Positions 1 through 14,897 of a stretch of 64,000 nt of DNA are shown in pieces. Source of the stretch: Blastocystis sp. Blastoise (Eukaryota > Protista > Bigyra: Opalinata). The notes beneath the pieces are model-generated. The model was given only the letters and a program-made list of their open reading frames with translations. It had not been told where the DNA came from and searched no databases. Position numbers and translations under genes: made by a program. How positions within the stretch are numbered: position 1 is the stretch's first letter; the number at the start of each line of letters is the position of its first letter. Location of the stretch: positions 744,001 through 808,000 of the forward strand of contig JBBPEB010000029.1 of the NCBI GenBank assembly GCA_039096225.1. Direction: 5' to 3'.

Positions 1-69
<69 letters not shown>
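1..69. repeat. (TA)n microsatellite in the intron truncated by the window start
   Basis: Perfect TA dinucleotide run; the intron ends TATATAG at 107. Confidence 0.95.
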
Positions 70-73
<4 letters not shown>

Positions 74-107
74 ATATAAACCTATAAATAACAATATATA
101 TATATAG

Positions 108-1039
108 CAAGAAGAGAATGAGATTCGTTCTAAATTACATCTTCAACTGTATAAACCACAAGATATATCTGCATTTACAGAAATTAATACCTCCCCGAAA
201 CCTACTTCTCCTTCCTCCCCTAAAGCGACTTCTCCTTCTTCTTCTCCTCATCCTACTTCTCCTACTACACAAACATCACCCCATCCTACGACAGACTTTG
301 ACTCCCTACCCAAGAGCGTCGTAGAAGCTGCCAAAGCTGCTGAAAGTGTCGGCTTAACTATTGATGCTTCAAGTAAAAAGAGTATATAAATATATATTTA
401 ATATTTAAAAATGAATTATTCTATACATAATAATATTTGTGTTTTTTTTAAAATTTTTATTATATATGTTTTAGTTTATATTATTATTCATTCCATTGCT
501 ATATATATATTTATTATTATTACTAGAATCATATTGAATATATATATATAGATGAAGAGTTAACTCCTTTAGAATTGGCTCAAAAACGTGCTGAAGAGTT
601 GAAGAAGACTGGATTTATTGCTGCCGCCAAAGATGCAAATAAGGAAGTTATAAGCGCGGCAATGAAGGCAGTTCAAGCTCTTAATATGAAGATAAAGAAA
701 GTAGATGGTATTCAGAAGCATATAGTAAATGATAAAGTATTATACCAATGGGATGTTGAGATAAATGATTATCCTCAGAAGGCGCGTCAGCGTATAACTA
801 CACGTACAGAGATGGAACGTATCATGGAAGATACACATACGTCATTAACGTTACGTGGTACATATATACAACCGGGTAAAGTAGCATTATTGGGACAAGT
901 TAAATTATATTTAGCAGTTGAGGGAGAAAACCCTATATGTGTACAAGAAGGTCGAAATGAAGTTATTCGTATCTTAGAAGAAGTTACTCGAGAAACTGGA
1001 TTCGATGAACAAGCTTATGGAAAATATCAAGTTGCTTAA
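108..1039 (+). CDS. DDX46: 3' end of DEAD-box splicing helicase DDX46/Prp5 (C-terminal KH-like domain); 5'-partial
   Basis: Exons 108-381 and 552-1039 join in frame across a GT-AG intron. Motifs VEINDYPQKARQRIT, LTLRGTYIQPG, KLYLAVEG and terminal GKYQV match the Prp5/DDX46 C-terminal KH domain. The helicase core would lie outside the window. Confidence 0.75.
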
Positions 1040-1920
1040 GAATAGATATATATAATAATATATTTAATAAACATATTATCATTGTTCTCTATTCTTTATA
1101 TATTAACTTTTCTTTTTATGGATACATTTTATTGTTGTGCAATATGTTTTTAATATATATAAACATATATAAATGACAATAACAACTTGTTTTCTCTATT
1201 ATGCGTTATCATCAAGATTTTGTTGTTTTTATATATGAAAACTTTTAAGAATATAATATCATATTATATTTGATCATTAAAAATAATGTTAAGATTATAT
1301 ATCGTCATCTAAACAACAAAACATAATTGTTATAAAATTTTAGTCTTTATTCTTATTATTATAATTTTTATTAAAAAACTAATTATAAACTTATTATTCT
1401 TGATAAATATACAATTTAATTATATAAAAACGTTTTTATGAAAAAATCCATAAGTCAAGTATATTCTGTGAATATATATATAAGAAAACAATAATAAAAA
1501 AAATTATAAAGTATTTAATATTAAAATTAAGACATATATGCGTATGTAATGCACATTATATATAGAAACATAAATAAATATAACAAGCAAAAACAATGCA
1601 AATGAAATAACAAATAAAAAAACATAGAAATTATGGAAATAAATAAAAAAAAAAAATACACAAAAAGAAAAATATTTTGAAATATATGAAGAAACATATA
1701 AGAAATGTAATTGAAAAAGAATTATCAATGAAAATTAAAAAAATAAATAAATAAATATATTTATACAAGCCTATATGTAGAAAAAACTGTAAAAATAATT
1801 ATGACAATAACTGAAAGTAAATTAATAAACCTAATTATAAAAAATAATGTATAAATAAAGATATAAAAATAATAAAAAAAAAAACAAATATATATATGTA
1901 CATATATTACACAATAACCA

Positions 1921-2419
1921 TTATTTTTCGTCATTTTTAATGACTTTTACTTGATTGATTTTCTTTGGTATTTTTTTATATATAAAATATTTACAAAGAA
2001 CGATAGATCCTGTGACTATAACAATAAGTAAAGTAAGACTTATATATATATAATTCCAAAGAGTGGAAGAAAGATCAATAAATTCAAGTTGGTTTTCATT
2101 TAATTGAATAGATTCAACTCGTTGTAAATATACATTTGTTGATGTATAAAATAGCTTTTTAAACCAATCTGTATCTAAGTGATAATTATAAATGGTCTGT
2201 GCCATTATTTGTGTTCCAATAGTGGAATCACAATAGAGTTTCATTGTTACTTCTACTTCTTCTGAATTTAATACATTTTGTTTTGTTTTCAATAGAATAG
2301 AAGAAATAATAACATTATCTGATTGGGGTATATATATAGAAAATGTATTATATATAACATAACGGAATTCTTCATACACAGATGCGATAGAAAATGAAGA
2401 TAAAGAAATACCAGTAACC

Positions 2420-2494
<75 letters not shown>

Positions 2495-5400
2495 TGATAT
2501 GAGAAATATAATATATTAATAAAAGAATTAATATAGATTAACCAACAATAATAAAATAAAATAATAATATATACATGTAACACTAATAATACATAACTCA
2601 AATCGTTACGTTTTTCTTTCGATATATCTACACAATTCTCTTTATGTATATCCCCCCAATACGTTGTATCATTATCATAACGCATGCACGTGCGCTGTTT
2701 TGTACCTATATATCCATCGCCACACCAAAGATATACTGTTGTATTTTCATAACTATATATCCATTCATCTTCTTTACTACATGTTAACATTATTATAGAT
2801 ATATATAATGTTGTTCGACCAATACCAGCAGAATTATATACAGATATACTATATAAAGAACTATCTCGAACAGATGGTATTCCCGTGATTATTCCTGTTT
2901 TACTATCAAAAGATAAACCATTCATTAAAGAAGGACTAATTCTATAATCAGACAGATTCAAACCAATTGAAATAGGCTGAAATGGTTGAATTGATTTACC
3001 TACATATGCAAATAGAGAAGAAGAAGGATAAGAAACAGAAGGAGGAGATATTATACAAGAATTCATGATTTCTGACCAAAGAGGAGACTCATCCAAAACA
3101 CAAGCACGTGATCTCTGACCAATGAAATTGACAGAATCTTCACAAGGAAGAGCGATTGTATTACCAACAACTGTTTCTGGCCATTCACCATCTTTTTCAC
3201 AAAATAATTCTGTAATATGTATATATAAAGAAGTAGTACTTGTACCAATAGTATCTTGAATAGTAATAGTATATGTATTTACAAGTGATGTTTTCATATA
3301 TCCACTAATAGTACCAGTATATGGATCAAAAGTAAGTGTTGAAGGAAGAGAAGGAGTAATAGTTATTATATGAGGAGGAAATGATAAAATAAATGGATTC
3401 ATAATATGAATATATTGATTAACATTAGCATATAATGATGAATCATAGAGAATAGAAGGTAAACGAGGTTCACATGTACTTGTTGTATTGCTCCAACGAT
3501 ATTCTCCATTATTATATAAACATGAATATGTATTATATCCATTATAATGAAGAGGATCCTCACATATTAATTGTAATATAGAATTCATTATTCCTATTGG
3601 TAATTGATTTTGACTTAAACATAAATTATGACTATTTAAATCTCGAATAGAGAATACAAATGATGTTATACTATATGAATGCTCATTATATATTTTCATA
3701 ATTATTTCCATACTTATAGATATACTACTATATATAGTCCAGATAAATGTATTATTATTCATAGTAAAGGTATTTGGTATTATAGATACAATTTCAACAG
3801 AATCTATTTTTCCAAATATAACTTTTGGTTCTATATAATAATAGTTATTAATATATCCATTTAAAACAGTATCATATTCTATTCTTGGTTCATATAAAGT
3901 ACAATTATTAATAATATTTCCCCAATAAGGTGTTGAGCTATCTTCTATACACATTCTTAACATATTACCATAATAATATAAAGTATTATTACAGGGAAGA
4001 GATGCTGTTATACCAGGAAGTGTTAATGGCCAATTGTCTAAAGGTGGACAATAATGTTCTGTTATAGAAATAAATAGTGTACTATGTGATATAGAATGAA
4101 GAGTAATAATAGAAATGTGGATTTCTAGAATATTTTGAATAGATAAAGGTATTCCCGTGATTACTCCTGTATTTGGATTTAAATAAAGTCCATTAGGTAG
4201 AGTTGTAATATTCGTATAAGTAGCATTACATATAGAAATAGAAGGATAAAGAGGAGATATCGATATATAACGATAAAGAATAAAAGGAGAAGAAGGAGAT
4301 ATTCCTTGAGTTGTATTAGTAATAGAAGGAGGATATAAACTAGAATCATAAGAATAATAGAAAGAAGAAGGAAGAGAAGATGTACATGTATTATATAATA
4401 CTGTATATATATTATCTCCTTCACAACGTTTTAATATAAATCCATAATCACAAGATAAACATGGGAATAATAAGAAATGTCCATAAGGAATTGATAATTT
4501 CCCTTGTAAATCTTCACAATAGACAAGTGTATCCATAGATAATGTCCATTCACTTACTTGAAAACCATTTGAAATACAAGAAGAATCTTCAATAGATCTA
4601 GAACATGATTGTATAGTTATTCTATACATTATATAAGAATGTATATTATAAAAGGAGAAATAATATTCTTGATTGAAAGAAGTCCAATATACATAAGTAA
4701 CTGTATCTAATAATATCCATGTATTACCATCTAAAGAACCTTCTAGAATCCAAGAAGTAGGACTTAAATGAATACAATCATCTCCACTAACAATTCTATA
4801 AGAATTTGACATTACTCTTCGTTCATTTGAATATGTCCATTGATATTGTAATCCTGAACATTGTTTTTCTACATAAACAGAAGAATATATATCAGTATCA
4901 AATAAAGAACCAACACCACGAATACCTTCATTATTATAAGAACTACTATATTCTCCATAAAGCATTAAATTTTCACGGTTATGTATTCGTTTGATACTAG
5001 CATCAAAAGAAGGGAAAAACACATCAGCTGGTGCACATTCATGGAATTCTATAGCAATTATATTATTTCCTGTTATTAAATAAGAAGAAACTATTGATAA
5101 TATAATACCAGTATTTGTAACATCACTAACAGATTTCTTACTATAAGAATTTATATTAATTTCTTCAAGATAATTATTCATATTCCATATATATATAGGT
5201 TGTGAATTAATATATAAAACATATCCAGTCATAGTAAATATACTTATAGATACACCATTGATATTTATGAAGTCATTTTCATGAATAACAAGCGTTCTTC
5301 TTATTAAATATACATAATGAGTAAAAAAAGGTTTAAAAAAGAAATCCCAGTAATCCCAAGAATTATCATTATAATTATATAAAGTCCAATTTGGAGGATA

Positions 5401-6964
5401 TATAGTAGTTTGTTTATATTTCCAACCATTAGACATATGTGGTATTATATAATCAATATTAATACTAAGTTGAATAGATTTACCTTGAGTTTTACGATAT
5501 ACTTGATAAACAGGATTATAATTTTGAATAAGAATAAAACTATTTGTCCAACCATCATAAGAAACATCTTCAAATGATAATGTATATAAGCCAATAGGAA
5601 GACAATAGGTGACACTTTGTTTATAATTATCAAATATCAATTTATTTTTAAATATAACGGTTTGTGTAATAACATTTTTAAATTCAAATTCTATTATATC
5701 TGCATTTTTTTCTAAGAAAATAATAATAGTTAAAAAAGAATAATCATTATTACATTCACGTACTTCTATAGTAGTATTAAATGTATGAGGTTGTTCTTTT
5801 AAATCATATGCTATTAATGTATAATTACGACTTATTTGTGAAGTATAATAAAAATCAAAGAGATAACCACGGTTATTATCAATTGGAAACGAAAGACAAG
5901 TATACATTAATTGATAATTATGATATCCATCTGTAGCATATATTAAATTTTTATAATATAAATTACTAAATAATGTAATAGAAGAAGAAGGAAGAGAAAG
6001 AGGTTCTAGAATATTTTGATCAAATGAAGTAGCATAGAATTCTATTTCAGAAATAGATAATATTAGATTATCTATTGTTTGATAAGGTTTTTCAAAGATA
6101 AATTTATATCCTATATATGGTTTTGTGCTATTTAATAAGTAATAGCAACGTGAATAAAGACGAGAAGGAAAACGATCAGCTTCTGAAGTATAAATTAATT
6201 CATCAGTTGTACTTGATTTAAAATAACCACGATTTTTATTGTTTTCATTATCAAGAATACCATAAATTTTCCAATTATTAGGATCAAAATATTCATGTAT
6301 TTCATTAGTAGTAATACAAATAGTATTTTCATGTATATAATAATGTTCATGAAATAATATGAGTAATTCAATAGGATCATAGTTAATTGTAAATAAATAA
6401 TTCCATGAAGTATATAGTTTCTTATCAAATAAATAATAAGGATTCGAATAAGAAGAAGATAATTTTGATACTGCTGATGATAATGATGATGATATTGATG
6501 ATGATGATAATGATGATGATAATGATGATGAAGAAGATAAAAATGAAGATTCTAATTGAATAGATGATGATAAAGTAGAAAGAGTATCAGGAGAAGTATT
6601 TATTTTTATGTTTTTATTTATTAATTGTATATTTGTAGTATTATTATATTGATTGTTATATATAGAATATAAATTATTTGTTTCTATATTATGATTTTTT
6701 AATATTGTTTGTTTCAAGTAATTATTAGGAAAGTTACTAGAATAAGAATGTTGCATATCGATTATATTATTTTCTTCTTTTTCTTCTTCTTTTTCTTCAT
6801 TAAAATTAATAATATTTGATTTAGAGGAAGAATGAACAGTATTTTTTGATACAGGATGACCATAATATTGATTATCTATATATAAATCAGATATATCTAA
6901 AACAGATAAATGATTTGCATGATATAATAATTGTATAGTACAAAAGAAAAGATCAGAGGCTATA

Positions 6965-7031
<67 letters not shown>

Positions 7032-9933
7032 GGTTTCGAATAATAGCAACACCAATAATATTTTTTCCTTGGTTAAAAAGAGTACGAGAATATAATAATG
7101 TAAATGATTGTATTTCTCCACTAATATCATTAGCTATTAATGAAGAAGATAATGGAATATTATTTTGAACTCGATATCTTTGTATTTCTATTCCATTTAT
7201 ATATATAATAAATCCATGGGATGTTAATAAATGGATATATATAGAATATAAAATAATATAATTAGTAACTTGTAATTGAATTCTATATAAAGTGACTGAA
7301 GAAGTAGTAGTAGTAGGAGTACATGATGTTTGACTTGTATATATATAAGAATCCCAATTAGAATCATCAAAAGAAATAGTATTCCATGAGGTATCAATAT
7401 TCTCTTGTAAATGTATATATTTCCATTCAGAATTCGGTGCCACGTGATATCCAGGATAAAAGTTAATAACACACATAGTTTTATTTCTACATGTTCTTGT
7501 TAATAATAAATCTTCATGATTTAATGGTGATATAATTGATATAGTAATATAATGATAACTATTTTTATCTTGAGTATAATAATGTATTTGTTTTAATGTA
7601 TTTAATGTACATATATAGAAAGATCTATCTTGATCATAATTAATAGAATTATGACTAAATATTGGTTTAATAGAAGTTATATTCATAGGTTCACCACTAT
7701 AACTTGTATATGTATTATTATTATCATATATATATAAAGGATTAATTTGATAAGGATATGTAACATGCATAATTATATGAAGATAAACAGAAGAAGAAGA
7801 AGAAAATCCACAATCTATAGAATAAAAATATAATTTAAAAAATATAATTGTATTTTTTTAAGAATAGGAAAAAAAAATTGTTAAAATTGTATATAATAAA
7901 TAATATATATAAAATAATATATAAAAAAGAATATATAATAAATAATATATATAAAATAATATATAAATATATATATATATGTTTAAAATGTATATATAAA
8001 GAATAGATCTAATGTTACCTTCTATAGAGAAATATAATTGTTTTGTAACAGTTTGTCTTACAAGATTATCAACTGCTTGTATATATATATAAAACAGACC
8101 TATTTCATTCATAATAGCTTCTATTTTACCTGTTTCAATATTTAATGATAAATTAACAGTATTTGGAAAAGTAGTATTAACTATTTGAAATGAATTATAA
8201 TTAGAATATAAAGGAAGAATAGAAATAGAAGAAGAAACACGTTGATAATAAATTTCTTGTGAATATTTTAATTCTGGATCAATTAATTCATAATCACAAG
8301 AATATAAATAAATAGAACTAATTATAATCATATTTGTATTATTCATGTTCTCTAAATATATAAGAAATATAATATGTAAATTAAATAATATATTATGTTA
8401 ATAATATAAATTAAATAATATATTATGTTAATAATATAAATCATATAATATATTATGTTAATAATATAAATCATATAATATATTATATTAATAATATAAA
8501 TTAAATAATATATTATATTAATAATAAAAATCATACAAATCATGTAATATATATAAACTATATATATATATATACCAAAAACAAATCGATAATATTCAAA
8601 ACTCCATTTATTAAAGAAAATATAGAATTCTTGAGATCTATGATTATTATCAAATATAACATTATCTTTATAATCTAATTTAATAGTAACATTATTATTA
8701 TATAAACCATATAGAGTCCATGAATAAACTATATTAGTTATTTTATTATTATTATTATTAGTAGTAGCTGTAGATTCATCAGGAAGAATAATTGAAGATA
8801 TTTCTGGTATTGCTATTGAATATTTATTTATCCATTCTCTTCTATATATAAGTTAATAAATAATATATATATATATATATATATACTTTCCATGAAAGAA
8901 ACTAATATCAATAGTAGCTTCATTTGTAGGATATAAATAATAAGTATTATCATCATTATCTTTAATATTTGAACATAAATAAGTATCATACCATGAGAGT
9001 GGCATTGAAATTGAAGAAGAAGAAGAAGAAGGAATACATGCAATAGAACACTCATGTGAACGAATAGAACATGTACCTATAATAATATATAATAATATAT
9101 ATAATAAATGTAACAATAATAAATATAATAAACTATATAAACATAATAATAAATATAATAAACTATATAAACATAATAATAAATATAATAATAAAATAAT
9201 AAAAATATTTATTTTTATACCTTTATCTATATGTTCATTATGCATAAATCCTTCAAAAATATTTTCAGTTTCAGAAATGAAATTAGAATGAATTTCAAGT
9301 GCAATATGAAAAATATTATCATCATTTTGATATACAGAAAAGGGTATATAAAAACTATAAATAATAATTATTGAATATATATATATATATATACCTAGCA
9401 ATATATTGTGATGTTTCATTTAGTGGTGGAGTATCTTTATAAACAACACTATATATATATTAACAACATTATAAAATACATATATAAACAATCCTATATA
9501 TATATTATTAAAAATTATAAACAATATATAAATATATACAAAGGCATATTTTTTCTATAGGCTTCTTTACCATTTATATATACTAATATTCCTCCTAAAA
9601 CTTTAAAAGATAATTCTAATAACCATATATTATTATCTTTATTAGGTATATATATATCAGTAATAAAATATTGAGTAGATGGAGTAATTAATGGAATTCT
9701 ATTCATATAGGACCATGCTGTATAGTTCGTGTAATCGCGGGAATACCATGAAGAAGGTAAAGATATATCTGATGAAGAAAGAGTAGTCACATACCATTGG
9801 GTATAATTTGTCATATAAAATTGAGCTATTTAAGAATAATATATATAATAGATTCATCAATTAATAAATATAAAGAATATAGCTATTTAAGAATAATATA
9901 TATAATAATAATAATATATATAATAATAATATA

Positions 9934-9976
<43 letters not shown>

Positions 9977-10556
9977 TATAATATACTATTAAAGGATTCT
10001 GAATAAGAGCCAGTTCCTTCATCTGCAGAGAAGGGTAGTTTAATATGATAAAAAGGAATAGAATTATAATAAAAATCTAAATAAGTCGGATCTGTTGATT
10101 TTGCACCCCAACCAGCTTTTATACTATACATATACATATATATATATGTATTATATTTTTGGCATTCAATAAAAAAGTATAGATTTCAAAAAAACAATAA
10201 AATAAAATAGATTTCTAAAAAAAATATATATATACGTAGAAGAAACTGTTACAGAATAGTCTTTATTCTTTGATAAACATAGATAATTAGTTCGTTTGGA
10301 TCCAAAAGCATCTGAATAAGTACCTTTATCTTTATAAATTACATAAGAATAGGATCGATAAGCACGGGAGACAGACCAGGACTCACGATAAGCCTCATCA
10401 CCAAAATACTTTACCATCTCTATCTCATAGACACTATTTCCATAACATGCTATAAAAAAATGAATATAGTTAAAATAAAATATCTAACGATATACAACTG
10501 CTATTTGCTACTAAAAAGAATATGACTTGAAACAATATAACAGAAAGATAAAACAT
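1921..10556 (-). CDS. ~2,450-aa type I membrane/surface protein: signal peptide, galactose-binding-like and F5/8C-like sandwiches, alternating putative-Ig (He_PIG-like) and HRM-like Cys modules, one TM helix
   Basis: 11 exons joined by GT-AG introns in one frame. ATG at 10556 (MFYLSVILFQVIFFLVANS); largest exon 7814-2575; last exon 2418-1921 with TM YIYISLTLLIVIVTGSIVLC then a basic tail. Motifs: GFIIYING..G.N.I.(I/V), PTSWILEGSLDGNTW, LPNGLYLNPNTGVITGIP, CEKDGEWPETVVGNTIALPC. Confidence 0.85.
6968..7030 (-). repeat. Coding (AAT)n giving a poly-Asn tract
   Basis: In-frame run of ~20 Asn in the large exon of the surface protein. Confidence 0.95.
8371..8530. repeat. Intronic 30-bp minisatellite, ~5 copies
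   Basis: Unit ATAATATAAATTAAATAATATATTATGTTA with minor variants. Confidence 0.9.
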
Positions 10557-10815
10557 CAAATAATCAATGTCTTTAAAAATCACAGAAGAAACTTATGGAT
10601 AGGATAATGAAGATCTATCTATGTAGAATAATATATTTTAAGATTTATATTAATAGTAAATAATAAGACAAATGATTGAAAATGTGAAAAAAAATCTAGG
10701 GGTTTATTTGAGGAAAAACAGTAGAGAATAAGTGAAATTTGATTTTTCCATTGATTCTGGCTTATACTCTTTTTTCACATCTGTTTACTGTTATTCATTA
10801 AAATTATACATTGCA
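10557..10815. promoter_or_regulatory. Compact bidirectional promoter region (surface protein / orphan)
   Basis: Divergent ATGs only ~260 bp apart. Confidence 0.55.
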
Positions 10816-11907
10816 ATGAAGAGAGTTTATCCTTTTATCAATAAAACAAATGTATCTTTCATGATTCATATCGGTTACTATGCATGACGTTTAGTCAAAT
10901 GTGTTAAAGTCCTCAAGAAATTATATAAAACGTATGAGAATTATTGTTTAGTTAAAATAATATATATAGAGCTTAAGAATATAGGGTTTAGTACACTTCA
11001 TTGTCGTTGTGCATCGACTGAAGCTGTTATATCCAACTCGTCATTACTTCCTGAACCTCCAAAAATCGAATTTATGAATAGTTCAAACGATACACAGTGT
11101 CTATTGACAAAAAACTTGTATTTTTTATTGATTATTCAATAGAAATAAAATATATATTATTTATCTCTGTAGTGAATATGAATGGGGTCAATATATAAAC
11201 TCAAAAATAACGAATAATTTGCAATATTTAATAAAGAATAGTATTTTTTTTTGTTTTTCTTAATTATATTTATATATAAACTGCTTATAGGTAAAAGTGA
11301 ATCAGTTTTATCTTATATAACTGAAGAAGCTTATAAATATAAAGGTAAATATATTCTATATTATATTATTTTTGATATACGTGTTTGTTTCTCATTGTAA
11401 ATGATATTATATACTATTATATATAGAAAATGATAAAATAATAAAACAAATCACTAGTTTTTTCACAAAGTTATTTGAGTTTTCAAATAGTTCTGATAGT
11501 ATAGTAACTTCTGTCTCTTCAATAAATAATAATAATTTAAATAATAATGATATAAATAATAATGATATAAAGAATAATGATATAAAGAATAATGATATAA
11601 ATATTACAAAACAAATCATAATGAATGAATATTGTGATATTCTTATTACAATTATTAAAAAAAGTATGATTTAAAAAAAATAATTTATTGAATATATAGA
11701 GATTATATATATACTAATAATATTAATTAAATAGATTATACAAAAGATACGACAAGATATATTCTTGATTTATTGTATTCAATATGCATTAATAGTATAT
11801 ATATAATAATTATTATTTATATATATATATAATTTATAGAGAAACCAATTGGTCAACTTTATAATCTACTTATTAATATATATACATATCAAAGTATATA
11901 TGTGTTA

Positions 11908-11978
<71 letters not shown>

Positions 11979-14255
11979 GATCATCCTTTATATGCAGATA
12001 ATCTTCTTCCTCTACTTTCTTTTGGATTTAAAAATAGTATATATATATATTATTTTACATTTGTATTATTATTATATATATATTTATTATTTTTTGATTA
12101 GAACTTATATTACAAAATAATCTTATATCCGCGGTTATCTCAGCATTATCAACTCCATATTTAAATCAATCTTTATCTTATTTTCTTCCTCTTCTTCAAA
12201 AATCTATTTCTCCCGCAGATATTAATGTACTTGTAAGAATATATAATAATAATATATATAAATATAAATATATATAAATATATATAGTTTAAAAGTCATG
12301 CATATGATAATGTATTGTCATCCTTATATAATTATATATATTTATATCCATCGTTATTACCAATGAACAAATATATTTATAATTGTATGTATATACATAT
12401 TTATACTAATATATATATTTTTATTCTTATAGTATCTGATTATTTATCAAATTTAATAATTAAACTCATTATATATATATATATATAGATAGTACTTCAT
12501 TTCTATTTACTCCTTCTATTTATATCTATATATATAACTCAACGACATTATCTGGTAAGTTACTTCTCTATCTGAATGATGTATATATATATATATAATG
12601 ATTATTATTATTAATATACTCTATGTTAAATAATTATCACATATATATACTAATATTTTTATGCAATAATTATCTCTATATATAGTTAAGTCAATATAAA
12701 TTATCAACTTCATTTCTTTCTTGTTTGTCATTACCTATATATACAGATATATATTATAATTTTACAGAAGATATATTAAATATTGATGAAAAATCTATAT
12801 TTATAAACAGTGAAGATAAAAATGCAAAAAGTAAATATATTCATATAATATATGAGTATATTCAACGAATGGCCAATGAATATGATCAAATAGAAACAAA
12901 AACAAATATAAACATGAATAAAAATATTAGTAGTGATATAAGTAGTGATGATAGTAATGGTGATAATAATAATCATAATATCTCAGATAATAATAATCAT
13001 AATATCTCAGATAATAATAATAATAATAGTAACAATAATATACTGACTGTATCTCCTATCTCTTCAAAAGCAAATAATTATTTATTATATAAACTTCTAG
13101 TAACATTATCTCAAGGTAATGAAGATGAATTTAATACTATTGCTACTCTCGTATATATATACTATATATATACTATATATATACTATATATATACTATAT
13201 ATTTAGTGTATGAGTATATATGACGCTGCCTTTGTCAATCTTGCTCTTGCTCAATATTTAAAAATGTATATATATATATATTTATATTATTATTAAATTA
13301 TAGAAATTTATTTATTTATAATATCTCACTATATTTATTACATCTATATATATATATATATATAGATTATCGACTATTACTCCTTCTTCTCTTTCTACAT
13401 GTTTATCTATTCTTTCTCATAATACGAATACATATATATTACCTACAGAACTAGCTTCATTGTCTCATTATTGTCAGCAAGTATATATATATATATTATT
13501 TGTTTTAGTATATTTTCCAATCGAATAAAAATATATTTTTTGTAAATATATAAAATATAAATAAATATATATAGTTTTCTAATGATGAGAAATTAATGAA
13601 TACTATATCTATATATTTGTCTACATATAAAGATGACATAAAACGTAAAGAAATATATAATACTATTTATTCGAGAATATATAAAGAAAAAAACACAATT
13701 GATGCAATGAATCGTGAAAATATACAAATAAAACAGGAACAAGATGAGTTTTCCAAGGGGGATAATGATTTATTTATAGATGATTCTATGAAGAATGGTA
13801 TAGATATAAATATTGACAAAGAAACATACAATAATGTATACCAATGCTTATGTTTATATTCCATTAATATGAATATTTATAAAAATACAAATAATAATAT
13901 ATTGAAATTTATGAAAGAAAAAAGTATATAAATTATTTTAATTGATTAAATATATATATATGTATATATAGATATACCTGTTTCTATGAATGGTTATTAT
14001 TCATTATTAAGTCATACATATACTCAATATATTCAAAATAACCGCGATTATTCTCAAGAAGAACAATTGGCTCTTTTATATCCATGGTTTTTAAATGTAT
14101 ATATATAAATATATTTTATTTATTTGTATTATTATTATTAGTTTTATATATAAATAAAATTTTTGTTTTTTTATTAATAATAATGAGTATATATATATAT
14201 ATAGACACCTCTCTCTATACAAGGAAGTAGTTGGAGAAATATTTGTTTATTATTA

Positions 14256-14308
<53 letters not shown>

Positions 14309-14897
14309 CCATCAACAGAAGATATTCTTCCTGATCAAATATTAGAAATATATAAGTATTTCTATATATATATATATATATATTATATGTATAAATTTCT
14401 AGTAATAATTCAATAAATCATTCTTCAATTTCTTCATTGAGTATATTATATTTATGTATACTTTCGCGTGGGAATATGAAAAATATATCCTTTTTTATTC
14501 TTCTATAAATAACAAATATAATTAGAATATATAAATAAAATTCTTAATTTATTTACATATCAATAAATCAATTAAATGAAATAGAAAATACATATATAAA
14601 TCATTATACAGTTGAATATCAAAAAATGATCCATTATTTATATCCTGTATTTTATATATAGATGATTCTATTATATTATATATATAGTTATTATTAGAAT
14701 CATTAAATATGAAGAATTCAATAGATAACGTCACAATTAATAAAAACCAAAAGAAATTAACAATTAATTATAATAATGTATATATATATAATTATTTATA
14801 TATAACATTATATATATAGTCGTCTGCTTCAGATTCTATGAAGATATGTATTTCTCAATTATATACATATTTCTGTTCACTTTATCATTTTAAATGA
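10816..14897 (+). CDS. Uncharacterised multi-exon (~23 exons) protein with a probable mitochondrion/MRO targeting peptide
   Basis: Hand-spliced frame is continuous from ATG 10816 (MKRVYPFINKTNSNVLKSSRNYIKRFSTLHCRCAS: R/K/S-rich, no acidic residues) to TGA 14895-14897. It needs 21 GT-AG introns and one AT-AC intron. No family recognised. Confidence 0.7.
14259..14308 (+). other. 50-nt intron consisting only of GT(AT)23AG
   Basis: Flanking exons (..NICLLLS | PSTEDILP..) join in frame only if it is removed; 50 is not a multiple of 3. Confidence 0.8.
14485..14556 (+). other. U12-type AT-AC intron
   Basis: 5' ATATCCTTT; branch-like TTCTTAAT at 14541-14548; 3' TTTAC. Removal joins RGNMKN|ISINQL, whereas the unspliced frame hits TAA. 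Confidence 0.9.

Noticed and set aside
8371-8530. 30-bp repeats as a CRISPR-like array or mobile element
   Set aside because: Contiguous units with no spacers, inside a spliceosomal intron; no cas, transposase or RT genes in the window.
10982-10990. TAGGGTTT as a telomeric or telo-box element
   Set aside because: Single copy that coincides with a splice acceptor junction.
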